From the NCBI GenBank assembly GCA_038087875.1, contig JAXLNO010000337.1, forward strand, positions 1-64,000: a DNA stretch of 64,000 nt, read 5' to 3'. The position numbers and the translations under genes are program-made. This document shows positions 1 through 10,532 of the stretch, one piece after another (positions within the stretch are counted from its first letter, which is position 1; every line of letters starts with the position of its first letter). The DNA is from Malacoraja senta (taxonomy: Eukaryota). The notes under the pieces were generated by a model. The model was given only the letters and a program-made list of their open reading frames with translations. It had not been told where the DNA came from and made no database searches.

Positions 1-1631
1 GAGTAGAGAAGTCCTTATGCAGTTGTACAGGAGGGCTCTGGTGAGACCACATCTGGAGTATGTGTCCAGTATAGCAGTATAGAGGTCCTTCTGCAGTTGT
101 AGAGGAGGGCTCTGCTGAGACCACATCTGGAGTATGTGTCCAGTATAAGAGTATAGAGGTCCTTCTGCAGTTGTACAGGAGGGCTCTGGTGAGACCACAT
201 CTGGAGTATGTGTCCAGTATAGGAGTATAGAGGTCCTTCTGCATTTGTACATGGCTCTGGTGAGACCACATCTGGAGTATGTGTCCAGTATAGGAGTATA
301 GAGGTCCTTCTGCAGTTGTACAGGAGGGCTCTGGTGAGACCACATCTGGAGTATGTGTCCAGTATAAGAGTATAGAGGTCCTTCTGCAGTTGTACAGGAG
401 GGCTCTGGTGAGATCACATCTGGAGTAGGTGTCCAGTATAGGAGTATAGAGGTCCTTCTCCAGTTGTACAGGAGGGCTCTAGTGAGACCACATCTGCAGT
501 ATGTGTTCAGTATAGGAGTACAGAGGTCCTTCTGCAGTTGTACAGGAGGGCTCTGGTGAGACCACATCTGGAGTATGTGTCCAGTATAGGAGTATAGAGG
601 TCCTTCTGCAGTTGTACATGGCTGTGGTGAGACCACATCTGGAGTATGTGTCCAGTATAGGAGTATAGAGGTCCTGCAGTTGTACAGGGCTCTGGTGAGA
701 CCACATCTGGAGTATGTGTCCAGTATAGGAGTATAGAGGTCCTTCTGCAGTTGTACAGGAGGGCTTTGGTGAGACCACATCTGGAGTATGTGTCCAGTAT
801 AGCTGTGTAGAGGTCCTTCTGCAGTTGTACAGGGCTCTGGTGAGACCACAACTGCAGTATGCGTCCAGTATAGGAGTATAGAGGTCCTTCTGCAGTTGTA
901 CAGGAGGGCTCTGGGGAGATCACAACTGGAGTATGTGTCCAGTATAGGAGTATAGAGGTCCTTCTGCAGTTGTACAGGGCTCTGGTGAGACCACAACTGC
1001 AGTATGTGTCCAGTATAGGAGTATAGAGGTCCTTCTGCAGTTGTACAGGAGGGCTCTGGTGAGACCACATCTGGAGTATGTGTCCAGTATAGCTGTGTAG
1101 AGGTCCTTCTGCAGTTGTACAGGGCTCTGGTGAGACCACATCTGGAGTATGTGTCGAGTATAGGAGTACAGAGGTCCTTCTGCAGTTGTACAGGAGGGCT
1201 TTGGTGAGACCACATCTGGAGTATGTGTCCAGTATAGCTGTGTAGAGGTCCTTCTGCAGTTGTACAGGGCTCTGGTGAGACCACATCTGGAGTATGTGTC
1301 GAGTATAGGAGTACAGAGGTCCTTCTGCAGTTGTACATGAGGGCTCTGGTGAGACCACAACTGGAGTATGTGTCCAGTATAGGAGTATAGAGGTCCTTCT
1401 GCGGTTGTACAGGAGGGTTCTGGTGAGACCACATCTGGAGTATGTGTCCAGTATAGGAGTATAGAGGTCCTTCTGCAGTTGTATAGGGCTCTGGTGAGAC
1501 CACAACTGGAGTATGTGTCCAGTATAGGAGTATAGAGGTCCTTCTGCAGTTGTACAGGGCTCTGGTGAGACCACATCTGGAGTATGTGTCCAGTATAGCA
1601 GTAAATTGCTTCTTCTGCAGTTGTACAGGGC
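1..1631 (+). repeat. Tandem minisatellite, ~22 units of 74 or 71 bp, derived from CR1 LINE ORF2 sequence; runs off the left window edge
   Basis: GAGACCAC recurs at 43, 117, 191, 262 (spacing 74, 74, 71; variants differ by a 3-bp indel). The unit GAGTATAGAGGTCCTTCTGCAGTTGTACAG(GAG)GGCTCTGGTGAGACCACATCTGGAGTAT resembles CR1 sequence at ~3688-3753. Confidence 0.95.
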
Positions 1632-2251
1632 AAGAGCAGAACTCGCTATCAAAACATGGAGGGGACGGGGGACACGATTTTTGGGCGGCCGCGCGCGCAT
1701 GCGCACACTCACACACATGCGCGCGAGGCTTCGGAAGCTCAATCCAGCGCTAAATGCAGCTCAACACTGCCTGTCTCACCGGGTTAACTACAGCCCTGCC
1801 TGGACTGACGGGACACCAGCGCTGCTTCTCCGCGCTGGCCATATTTCCCACAAGTCCAGGCAGATTCACCTGGCGGGACGGGCAGAGTGAGCTGGGTTTA
1901 GGGCTGTTTCTCTGCGCTGGCTGTGGGCCTGGGGGTACAGTTCGCGTCTGACTGGCCACCCGTGGGGGGGGGGGGGGGGACAGCGCCGGAGAGCCGGCCG
2001 GGATCGATCCTGCCTGCGGATGAGGCGCAGGTCTGTGCCACCTCTCCCTCCTCCAATCGCCGCGTTCTATCCTCAGTCCCACCCTCCTCCCCCACTCCTC
2101 CCTCCTCCAATAATCGCGCCCTCGATCATCAGTCCCACCCCCACTGTCTCGCGGAAAGTGGAAAGTGGGGGGGATGTCCCCCACCTCTCAAAACATGGGG
2201 GGTGGGACATGTCCCCTCTGCCCCCCCCCCCCCAGGTTTTCCGTCCCTGCC
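1632..2251. mobile_element. GC-rich non-coding insertion splitting the last satellite unit; possible non-autonomous hAT-like element
   Basis: Flanked by ACAGGGC at 1625-1631 and 2252-2258. The satellite unit resumes at 2252-2280. The right end ...CCGTCCCTG is the reverse complement of a CAGGG-type terminus; no clear matching left TIR. Confidence 0.4.
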
Positions 2252-2407
2252 ACAGGGCTCTGGTGAGACCACATCTGGAGTTATAGGGGGTGTGCACATA
2301 AGGTCACCGGGTCAAAGGGCTTGATGAAAGGAACCGCTCAATCTCCAGGTGTGGTCTCACCAAGACCCTGTACACCTGCAGTTGAACCTCCCTGCTCCTG
2401 TACTCAC

Positions 2408-4283
2408 GGGGAAAATAGATTATGAAAGAAAACTGGCAGGGAACATAAAAACTGACTGCAAAAGTTTTTATAGATATGTGAAGAGAAAAAGATTAGTTAA
2501 AACAAATGTAGGTCCCTTGCAGTCAGAAACAGGTGAATTGATCATGGGGAACAAGGACATAGACCAATTGAATAACTACTTTGGTTCTGTCTTCACTAAG
2601 GATGACTTAATTAATCTGCCAGAAATAGCAGGGGACCGGGGGTCAAATGAGATGGAGGAACTGAGTGAAATCCAGGTTAGCCGGGAAGTTGTGTTAGGTA
2701 AATTGAATGGATTAAAGGCCGATAAATCCCCAGGGACAGATAGGCTGCATCCTAGAGTACTTAAGGAAGTAGCCCCAGAAATAGTGGATGCATTAGTGAT
2801 AATTTTTCAAAACTCTTTAGATTCTGGAGTAGTTCCTGAGGATTGGAGGGTAGCTAATGTAACCCCACTTTTTAAAAAAGGGAGGGAGAGAAAATGGGGA
2901 ATTACAGACCAGTTAGTCTAACATCGGTAGTGGGGAAACTGCTAGAGTCAGTTATTAAAGATGGGATAGCAGCACATTTGGAAAATGGTGAAATCATTGG
3001 ACAAAGTCAGCATGGATTTATGAAAGGTAAATCATGTCTGACGAATCTTATAGAATTTTTCGAGGATGTAACTAGCAGAGTGGATAAGGGAGAACCAGTG
3101 GATGTGTTATATCTGGACTTTCAGAAGGCTTTCGACAAGGTCCCACGTAAGAGATTAGTATGCAAACTTAAAGCACACGGTATTGGGGGTTCAGTATTGA
3201 TGTGGATAGAGAACTGGCTGGCAGACAGGAAGCAAAGACTAGGAGTAAACGGGTCCTTTTCAGAATGGCAGGCAGTGACTAGTGGGGTACCGCAAGGCTC
3301 AGTGCTGGGACCCCAGCTATTTACAATATATATTAATGATTTGGACGAGGGAATTGAATGCAACATCTCCAAGTTTGCGGATGACACGAAGCTGGGGGCA
3401 TTGTTAGCTGTGAGGAGGGTGCTAGGAGGGTGCAAGATGACTTGGATAGGCTGGGTGAGTGGGCAAATGCATGGCAGATGCAGTATAATGTGGATAAATG
3501 TGAGGTTATCCACTTTGGTGGCAAAAACAGGAAAGTAGACTATTACCTGAATGGTGGCCGATTAGGAAAAGGGGACATGCAACGAGACCTGGGTGTCATG
3601 GTACACCAGTCATTGAAAGTAGGCATGCAGGTGCAGCAGGCAGTGAAGAAAGCGAATGGTATGCGAGCATTCATAGCAAAAGGATTTGAGTATAGGAGCA
3701 GGGAGGTTCTACTGCAGTTGTACAGGGTCTTGGAGAGACCACACCTGGAGTATTGCGTACAGTTTTGTTCTCCTAATCTGTGGGAGGACATTATTGCCAT
3801 AGAGGGAGTACAGAGAAGGTTCACCAGACTGATTTCTGGGATGTCAGGACTTTCATATGAAGAAAGACTGGATAGACTCGGCTTGTACTCGCTAGAATTT
3901 AGAAGATTGAGGGGGGATCTTATAGAAACTTACAAAATTCTTAAGTGGTTGGACAGGCTAGATGCAGGAAGATTGTTCCCGATGTTGGGGAAGTCCAGAA
4001 CAAGGGGTCACAGTTTAAGGATAAAGGGGAAATCTTTTAGGACTGAGATGAGAAAAACATTTTTTACACAGAGAGTGGTGAATCTCTGGAATTCTCTGCC
4101 ACAGAATGTAGTTGAGGCCAGTTCATTGGCTATATTTAAGAGGGAGTTAGATGTGGCCCTTGTGGCTAAAGGGATCAGGGGGTATGGAGAGAAAGCAGGT
4201 ACAGGATACTGAGTTGGATGATCAGCCATGATCATATTGAATGGCCTACTCCTGCACCTATTTTCTATGTTTCTATGTTTCTA
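2408..4283 (+). mobile_element. 5'-truncated CR1 LINE (RT and C-terminus), frameshifted
   Basis: ORFs 2349-2921, 2894-3538 and 3430-4212 carry [30 protein letters not shown] and FADD; (TTTCTATG)n tail at 4261-4283. Confidence 0.95.
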
Positions 4284-4344
4284 ATCCATGTGGACGACAT
4301 CGCAGCTTCCGGTATATGTTATATAATGCAAGAAACGCGTACTT

Positions 4345-5127
4345 TCCTACCTGTTAAAAACCGCCAAATTGTTCAATTTTTGCGCTGTCAAATATAGTGG
4401 AAGCCGGGGTAAGTGTGAGAGACATGTAGCCAACTTCAGAATTCCAAAAGTGAAGCAAAATGAAGGTAAAGAGAAGCGAGAGCTGAAGGGACAACAACAG
4501 CTAAAGTACTTGGCGAACATTGGCCGTGCAGATATCGAGATTGAAAACATTGGGAATTATCGCTTTTGCTCGCTGCATTTCATCAACAGTAAGGCATTAT
4601 TTGTGTTTTTTCTTGATTCCTTTGGTATCTAAAAAGTCTCAGAAATGATAAATCTGGTTGTAAATTTTGCTTCAGAGGCGTTTTCTTTTTGTATGTAAAA
4701 ACCCACTTGAGAACCATGGGCTATTTTAAAATGTTACAGCCAGATTTATCCCTTCTGAAACTTTTTAAATGCCAAAGGAATCAAGAAAAACACAAATAAT
4801 TCCTTAGTTGATGAAATGCAGTGAGCAAACGGCCAATGTTCACCAAGCACTTTAGCTGTTGTTGTCTCTTCAGCTCTCGCTTCTATCTACCGTCATTTCT
4901 CCTCACTTTTGGAATTCTGAAGTAGGATAAATGTCTCTCACACTTATCCCGATTTCCATAATTATTTACAGCGTGAAAATTGACCATTTCGGCGTGTTTT
5001 ATCAGGCCCGCTACGCTGGAAACAATGGTCAGTGCTTACCTGCAGTTCATCGCGTGTACTCCACTTGGCGTAGCGTAGCAACAGTATGGGTCACGGGTCG
5101 TGACCCGACTGCCGTGAAACCTCCCTA
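4345..5127. mobile_element. Palindromic (fold-back) non-autonomous DNA transposon remnant
   Basis: ~4350-4670 is an imperfect reverse complement of ~4727-5006 (e.g. GAAGCGAGAGCTGAAG / CTTCAGCTCTCGCTTC; TTCTTGATTCCTTTGG / CCAAAGGAATCAAGAA). Confidence 0.7.
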
Positions 5128-5732
5128 TAGTGTACAGTTTTGGTCTCCTAATTGGAGGAAGGACATTCTTGTGATTGAGGCGGTGCAGCGTAGGTTCACG
5201 AGATTGATCCCTGGGATGGCGGGACTGTCATATGAGGAAAGATTGAAAAGACTAGGCTTGTATTCACTGGAGTTTAGAAGGATGAGGGAGGGGGTTTATA
5301 GAAACATATAAAATTATAAAAAGACTGGACAAGCTAGATGCAGGAAAAATGTTCCCAATGTTGGGCGAGTCCAGAACCAGGGGCCACAGTTTTAGAATAA
5401 AGGGGAGGCCATTTAAGACTGAGGTGAGAAAAAACGTTTCCACCCAGAGAGTTGTGAATTTGTGGCCATTTGGGACTGAGATGAGGAGAAACTTTTCCAC
5501 CCAGAGAGTTGTGAATTTGTGGAATTCCCTGCCACAGAGGGCAGTGGAGGCCAAGTCACTGGATGGATTTAAGAGAGAGTTAGATAGAGCTCTAGGGGCT
5601 AGTGGAATCAAGGGATATGGGGAGAAGGCAGGCACGGGTTATTGATTGGGGACGATCAGCCATGATCATAATGAATGGCGGTGCTGGCTCGAAGGGACGA
5701 ATGGCCTCCTCTTGCACCTATTGTCTATGTTT
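5128..5732 (+). mobile_element. CR1 LINE 3' fragment with internal 57-bp duplication
   Basis: Encodes VQFWSP...[10 protein letters not shown]...GYGEKAGTGY plus the CR1 3' UTR; 5407-5463 is repeated at 5464-5520. Confidence 0.9.
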
Positions 5733-6399
5733 TAGAGGGACATCCCGCTCCCGACCGCCCTGATTTGACGACGCAGTGACCACTGACCGCTCACCCCCCC
5801 CACACAGGCCACATTCCACTACAAGACCCTGCGCTATATAGAGGGGGAGGTTCCCGAGTTCACCTGTAACACGCGGGTAGGGAATCCCTGCTGTATACAC
5901 CGTACACTCCCCTACACCAGAACCCTCTATATACCCCCCTACACTACACGCCCCATCACCACCCGTATGGGAGACGGTCGTCAGCTCCATGTGTGAGGGC
6001 GAGGTGGCCGAGTTCACCTGTGACACGCGGGTAGGGAATCCCCCCGTACTTCCCCTACACCCACATACCCCTCCTGGGGCTACCATTGTGTTACATACGT
6101 TGAATTGTACATCACTTTCACTGGTTAGCTGATACACTGAATACTGCAACCCTGTATACCCCGCACACAGAATAATGTGAGTTCTGTAAATCTTACTATG
6201 CATGTCAGAAATAAAGTGTTAACCATGTTAATGGATTGCTATTATGAATTATTTAAAATTGAGTGGGTTGGTGCAACATTGGTGCCATATGCTGCTAATG
6301 TGTCGTTATCAGGTATTCAGTGTTAAAAAGAGAAATAAATCACAATAAAAGCGAAAAGATGTTCCTTCCACAGCGTGCGGGGAGTCTGGCCCGGATCAG

Positions 6400-7136
6400 G
6401 AGAAGGGGAGATGCAATGAGACCTGGGTGTCATGGTACACCATTCACTAAAAGTAGGCATGCAGGTGCAGCAGGCAGTGAAGAAGGCGAATGGTATGTTA
6501 GCATTCATAGCAAAAGGATTTGAGTATAGGAGCAGGGAGGTCCTACTGCAGTTGTACAGGGTCTTGGTGAGACCACACCTGGAGTATTGCATACAGTTTG
6601 GTCTCCTAATCTGAGGAAAGACATTCTTGCCATAGAGTGAGTACAGAGAAGGTTCACCAGACTGATTCCTGGGATGTCAGGACTTTCATATGAAGAAAGA
6701 CTGGATAGACTCGGTTTGTACTCGCTAGAATTTAGAAGATTGAGGGGGGATCTTATAGAAATGTACAAAATTCTTAAGGGGTTGGACAGGCTAGAGGCAG
6801 GAAGATTGTTCCCGATGTTGGGGAAGTCCAGAACAAGGGGTCACAGTTTAAGGATTAGGGGGAAATCTTTTAGGACCGAGATGAGGAAAACATTTTTCAC
6901 ACGGAGAGTGGTGAATCTGTGGAATTCTCTGCCACAGAAGGTAGTTGAGGCCAGTTCATTGGCTATATTTAAGAGGGAGTTAGATGTGGCCCTTGTGGCT
7001 GAAGGGATCAGGGGGTATGGAGAAAAAGCAGGTACAGGATACTGAGTTGGATGATCAGCCATGATCATATCGAATGGCGGTGCAGGCTCGAAGGGCCGAA
7101 TGGCCTACTCCTGCACCTATTTTCTATGCTTCTATG
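6400..7136 (+). mobile_element. CR1 LINE 3' fragment
   Basis: ORFs 6432-6614 and 6674-7045 are near-identical to 3430-4212; CR1 3' UTR and tail present. Confidence 0.92.
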
Positions 7137-7968
7137 AGCACGGCCGAGACACCAGAGTGAAGTTGCGGGGCGGTTTACAATGTTTTTTTATTTAATGTTG
7201 TCCCGTGTCTAGTCTGAAATAAAGTTCATCATTGGATATAAAAATTGGAAGAAATGTAAATGTGTGTGTTATATGATTATATACATCTATATCACATTCA
7301 TATATGTGTGTTATTTCCAGCACAATCTAATCAGTTGTATGCTCGCTGAATAAAACCATCCTTAAATTATACATCATTTGTAAATCTTGGTCAAAACAAA
7401 TTTAATTTTGTGAAATACTTAAATTAGATAACCCCACCATAACAGACAGATCTCATTCCACTCTCTGGCTATTGGGAAGACCAGACCCATTTTATTGTTG
7501 AGAAACAACTCCATAGACACAAAAACATTAAGGAACATTCCAGGGCTAGAGCAACTGGAATCTTCGTATTGCTATTATTTTGCCAAATACTGCAGTTGTG
7601 AACAGTGTGATTAGATGAATGAATTACAGAGTGCAAGTGTAATACAAAATCAGCTCAAACACAGCACATGAGCCATTTTAAAAGAAATGATTAAAAAAAC
7701 ATTAAAAGAGAAAATTACCAGTCAAAATTTATAAACATTTTATTCTTTAATAAGAATTATGAACTAACAGAATTATGAATCTAGCCCTATATCACACATA
7801 CAAACAGTTCCCCCGCAACGTTGATTACACTGCGAGTCGGGTCGGGTCGGGTAGGTTCCGGTTACTGAAATGGACGAACAAAATGCCCACATTCCGCTCC
7901 GTTGCATACTACACGTCAGCCCATTGCATTTCGCAGGAGTGGCCTATCTATAGGATCTTTGGTAGGTA

Positions 7969-8180
7969 TTACCTGAATTTGGAGAGGTCAATGTTCATAC
8001 CGCTGGGTTGCAAACTGCCCAAGTGAAATATGAGGTGCTGCTCCTCCAATTTGCGGTGGGCCTCAATCTGGCCATGGAGGAGGCCCAGGACAGAAAGGTA
8101 GGATTCAGAATGGGAGGGGGAGTTGAAGTGTTGAGCCACCGGGAGATCAGGTTGGTTATTGCGAACCGAGCGGAGGTGTT
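7969..8180 (-). mobile_element. Penelope-like element fragment (C-terminal part of GIY-YIG endonuclease)
   Basis: Translation HLRSVRNNQPDLPVAQHFNSPSHS...RKLEEQHLIFHLGSLQPSGMNIDLSKFR matches the typical Penelope-like C-terminus; adjoins a (GT)/(GA) microsatellite. Confidence 0.8.
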
Positions 8181-8181
8181 T

Positions 8182-8412
8182 GGTGTGCGTGCGCGTGAGT
8201 GTGTGTGTGTGAGAGTGAGTGTGTGTGTGAGAGAAAGTGTGTGTGAGAGAGCAAGATAGAGAGGGTGTGTGTGAGAGAGAGGGAGAGAGAGAGGGAGTGT
8301 GAGAGAGATGGAGCGAGAGAGGGAGTGTGAGAGAGGAGGGGGCACGAGAAGGTGGAGTGGAGAGAATTTGTTTATGAGTGGGGGGAAAGTGTGGGGAGAG
8401 GGGAGAGAGAGG
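8182..8412. repeat. (GT)n/(GA)n low-complexity microsatellite
   Basis: Dinucleotide runs directly visible. Confidence 0.85.
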
Positions 8413-8704
8413 AATGTATATGTTCAGCTTTAAGGGACATTGGTCAAGTAGCATTTGCAGTATTGCATACAGTTCTGGTCACTCCATTACAGGACTGATG
8501 TGGAGGCTTTGGGTAAGGTGCAGAGATGGTTAACCAGAATGGATTAAAAACAAGGAACTGCAGATACTGCTTTACAAAAAAGGACACAAAATGCTGGAGT
8601 AACTCAGCGGGACAGGCAGCATCTCTGGAGAGAATGGGTGATTGCAGAAATGACCCGATACGTTACCCATTCCTTCCAGCATTTTGTGTCTACCTAAACA
8701 GCGC

Positions 8705-9105
8705 CTATCCACGTGACAGGCTGGAGGAGCGGGCAAAGGTCTTGCCACAGAGAGGGCAGGTGAAGGGGCGCTGCCCGATGTGGACTCGCCGGTGCTCCAG
8801 CAGGTGGTCAAGGCGGGTGAAGCCCTTACCACAGAACGGGCAGGGGAAGGGACGCTCACCGCTGTGGGTACGCCGGTGCTGCCACAGGCTGGACATGCTG
8901 GTGAAACCCTTGCCAAACTCAGCACACAAAGGTTCTCTCTCCGGTGTGTATCCGCTGGTGCTCCCGCAGCCCCCATGCTCTCTTGTCACAGTGGGAGCAG
9001 CTGCTCGCCGGCGTGGGTCCGCCAGTGCTGCCGCAACCCCCGCGAGCTGTCAAACTCCTCACCGCAGTATGGGCAGTCGTAGGGCTGGCTACTGGTGTGC
9101 ACGTG
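8705..9105 (-). pseudogene. Frameshifted continuation of the zinc-finger array (~5 more fingers in several frames)
   Basis: After the stop: HVHTSSQPYDCPYCGEEF..., CSHCDKRAWGLREHQRIHTGER, HSGERPFPCPFCGKGFTRLDHLLEHRRVH in different frames. Confidence 0.8.
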
Positions 9106-9876
9106 CTAGTGAGACAGGGTGTGGAAGGCCATGGCAAAGCGTTCCCCACACACCGGGCTGGGGACTGGACGGTCGCCGGTGTTCACCCGCTCGTGTGACA
9201 GCACCTTGCAGGGGTGGGTGAAGCCCTTGCCGCACTGGGCGCAGGTGTAGGGTCGCTCGCCGGTGTGCACCCGCTGGTGGGACAGCAGGTGACCGGACTG
9301 AGTGAAGCCCTTGCCGCACTGGGCGCAGGTGTAGGGGCGTTCGTCGGTGTGGGTGCGCTGGTGCTCCAGCAGGTTGCCGGAGCGCGTGAAGCCCTTGCCG
9401 CACTGGGCACAGGTGTAGGGTCGCTCGCCGGTGTGGGTGCGCTGGTGGGACAGCAGGTTGCCGGAGCGGGTGAAGCCCTTGCTGCAGTCGTTGCAGGTGT
9501 AGGGCCGCTGCCCGGTGTGCAGGCGCCTGTGCTGCTTCAGCTCTGGTAACGACTTGAAGTATTTGCCGCAGTCGGAGCAGGTGAAGGGCCGCTCACTGCT
9601 GTGCACCCGCCGGTGCTGCCGTAGCCCCGACAACCGGACAAAGCTCATGTCGCAGGTAGGGCAGCCATAGGGCTTCTCGCCCGTGTGCACCCGCCGGTGG
9701 GTCTTCGGCACAACCGCCGTCTTGTAGCTCTTGCCGCACTCCGAGCAGTCGAAGGGGCGTTCTCCAGTGTGAACCCGCCGCTGGATCTCCAGCTTGCTCG
9801 GGCACTGCCAGGCCTTGCCACACACGTCGCACTCATAACGCTTCTCCTTGTTGTGCCCCATCATGGGGTCCTCCAT
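9106..9876 (-). CDS. C2H2 (Kruppel-type) zinc-finger array ORF, 256 aa, ~6 intact fingers plus degenerate ones; possibly a pseudogene
   Basis: Repeated CxxC-x12-HxxxH with TGERPY linkers; finger 1 has H->Q and finger 8 has H->N; ends at a TAG inside a degenerate finger. Confidence 0.75.
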   Translation of the reverse strand: MEDPMMGHNKEKRYECDVCGKAWQCPSKLEIQRRVHTGERPFDCSECGKSYKTAVVPKTHRRVHTGEKPYGCPTCDMSFVRLSGLRQHRRVHSSERPFTCSDCGKYFKSLPELKQHRRLHTGQRPYTCNDCSKGFTRSGNLLSHQRTHTGERPYTCAQCGKGFTRSGNLLEHQRTHTDERPYTCAQCGKGFTQSGHLLSHQRVHTGERPYTCAQCGKGFTHPCKVLSHERVNTGDRPVPSPVCGERFAMAFHTLSH

Positions 9877-10104
9877 TGAAGTGCAGCCCCTCGAAGCTCA
9901 GCCGCACACCGAGCAGATTGGGGGGGGGGGGCTCACCGGCATCCTGGCCACCCTCAATGGCTGCTCACGTCCCCGTCTCTTCGTCCACAGCAACGGTTCC
10001 TAAACCATGCAGGAGGGGAACACAGAGGGTCAACAAGCTGGCAAACAGGACATTATGTGCACATATTGGGTGCGTTTATGGTGGAGGAAACCGTTCAAAG
10101 ACGT

Positions 10105-10256
10105 TCAGGGCTGTAGATTAATCGGCCTCTGCAAAATTGTTAAATTGTCCCTAATGTGCGTAGGATAGTGCTAGTGTACGGGATGATCGCTGGTCGGCGC
10201 GGACTCCGTGGGCCGAAAGACCTGTTTTCGCGCTGCATCTCTAAACTAAACTAAAC
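10105..10256 (+). mobile_element. SINE 3' part (HE1/V-SINE-like) with (CTAAA)n tail
   Basis: GGACTCCGTGGGCCGAAAGACCTGTTT...CTAAACTAAACTAAAC; related pieces at ~23295-23470, ~27830-27870 (tRNA-like head) and ~58385-58680 (minus). Confidence 0.6.
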
Positions 10257-10267
10257 CAAAGGGTCTC

Positions 10268-10483
10268 TGTAAAGGAGCTAAGTCTGACTCACTTGTAGCT
10301 TTACTTTACGTTTAATAATAAGACAGGTTAAACACTTTCCAGCACTGACTGCACCCAGTCTGTCATCATGCTGGAACCAAGGGAGGAGCACACGGGAGAT
10401 AGAGTTCTTATACTTGATAACTGAGGCGTGGTTAGTGGTACTGAGGTAGCTATATTATTGGTTGCATGCATAAACCATCTACA
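10268..10483 (-). repeat. 3' LTR of the Gypsy element
   Basis: TGTA...TACA termini; 8 mismatches counted by eye against 14812-15024. Confidence 0.92.
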
Positions 10484-10532
10484 TCCTTCCCCTTACAATC
10501 AAATGCACATGGAGGCAATCAGGATAGTGCTA

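Noticed and set aside
1..1631. CRISPR-like array or long repetitive proteins (ORFs 507-1742, 920-1633)
   Set aside because: Units are contiguous with no unique spacers, the context is eukaryotic, and the ORFs are antisense read-through of a CR1-derived satellite.
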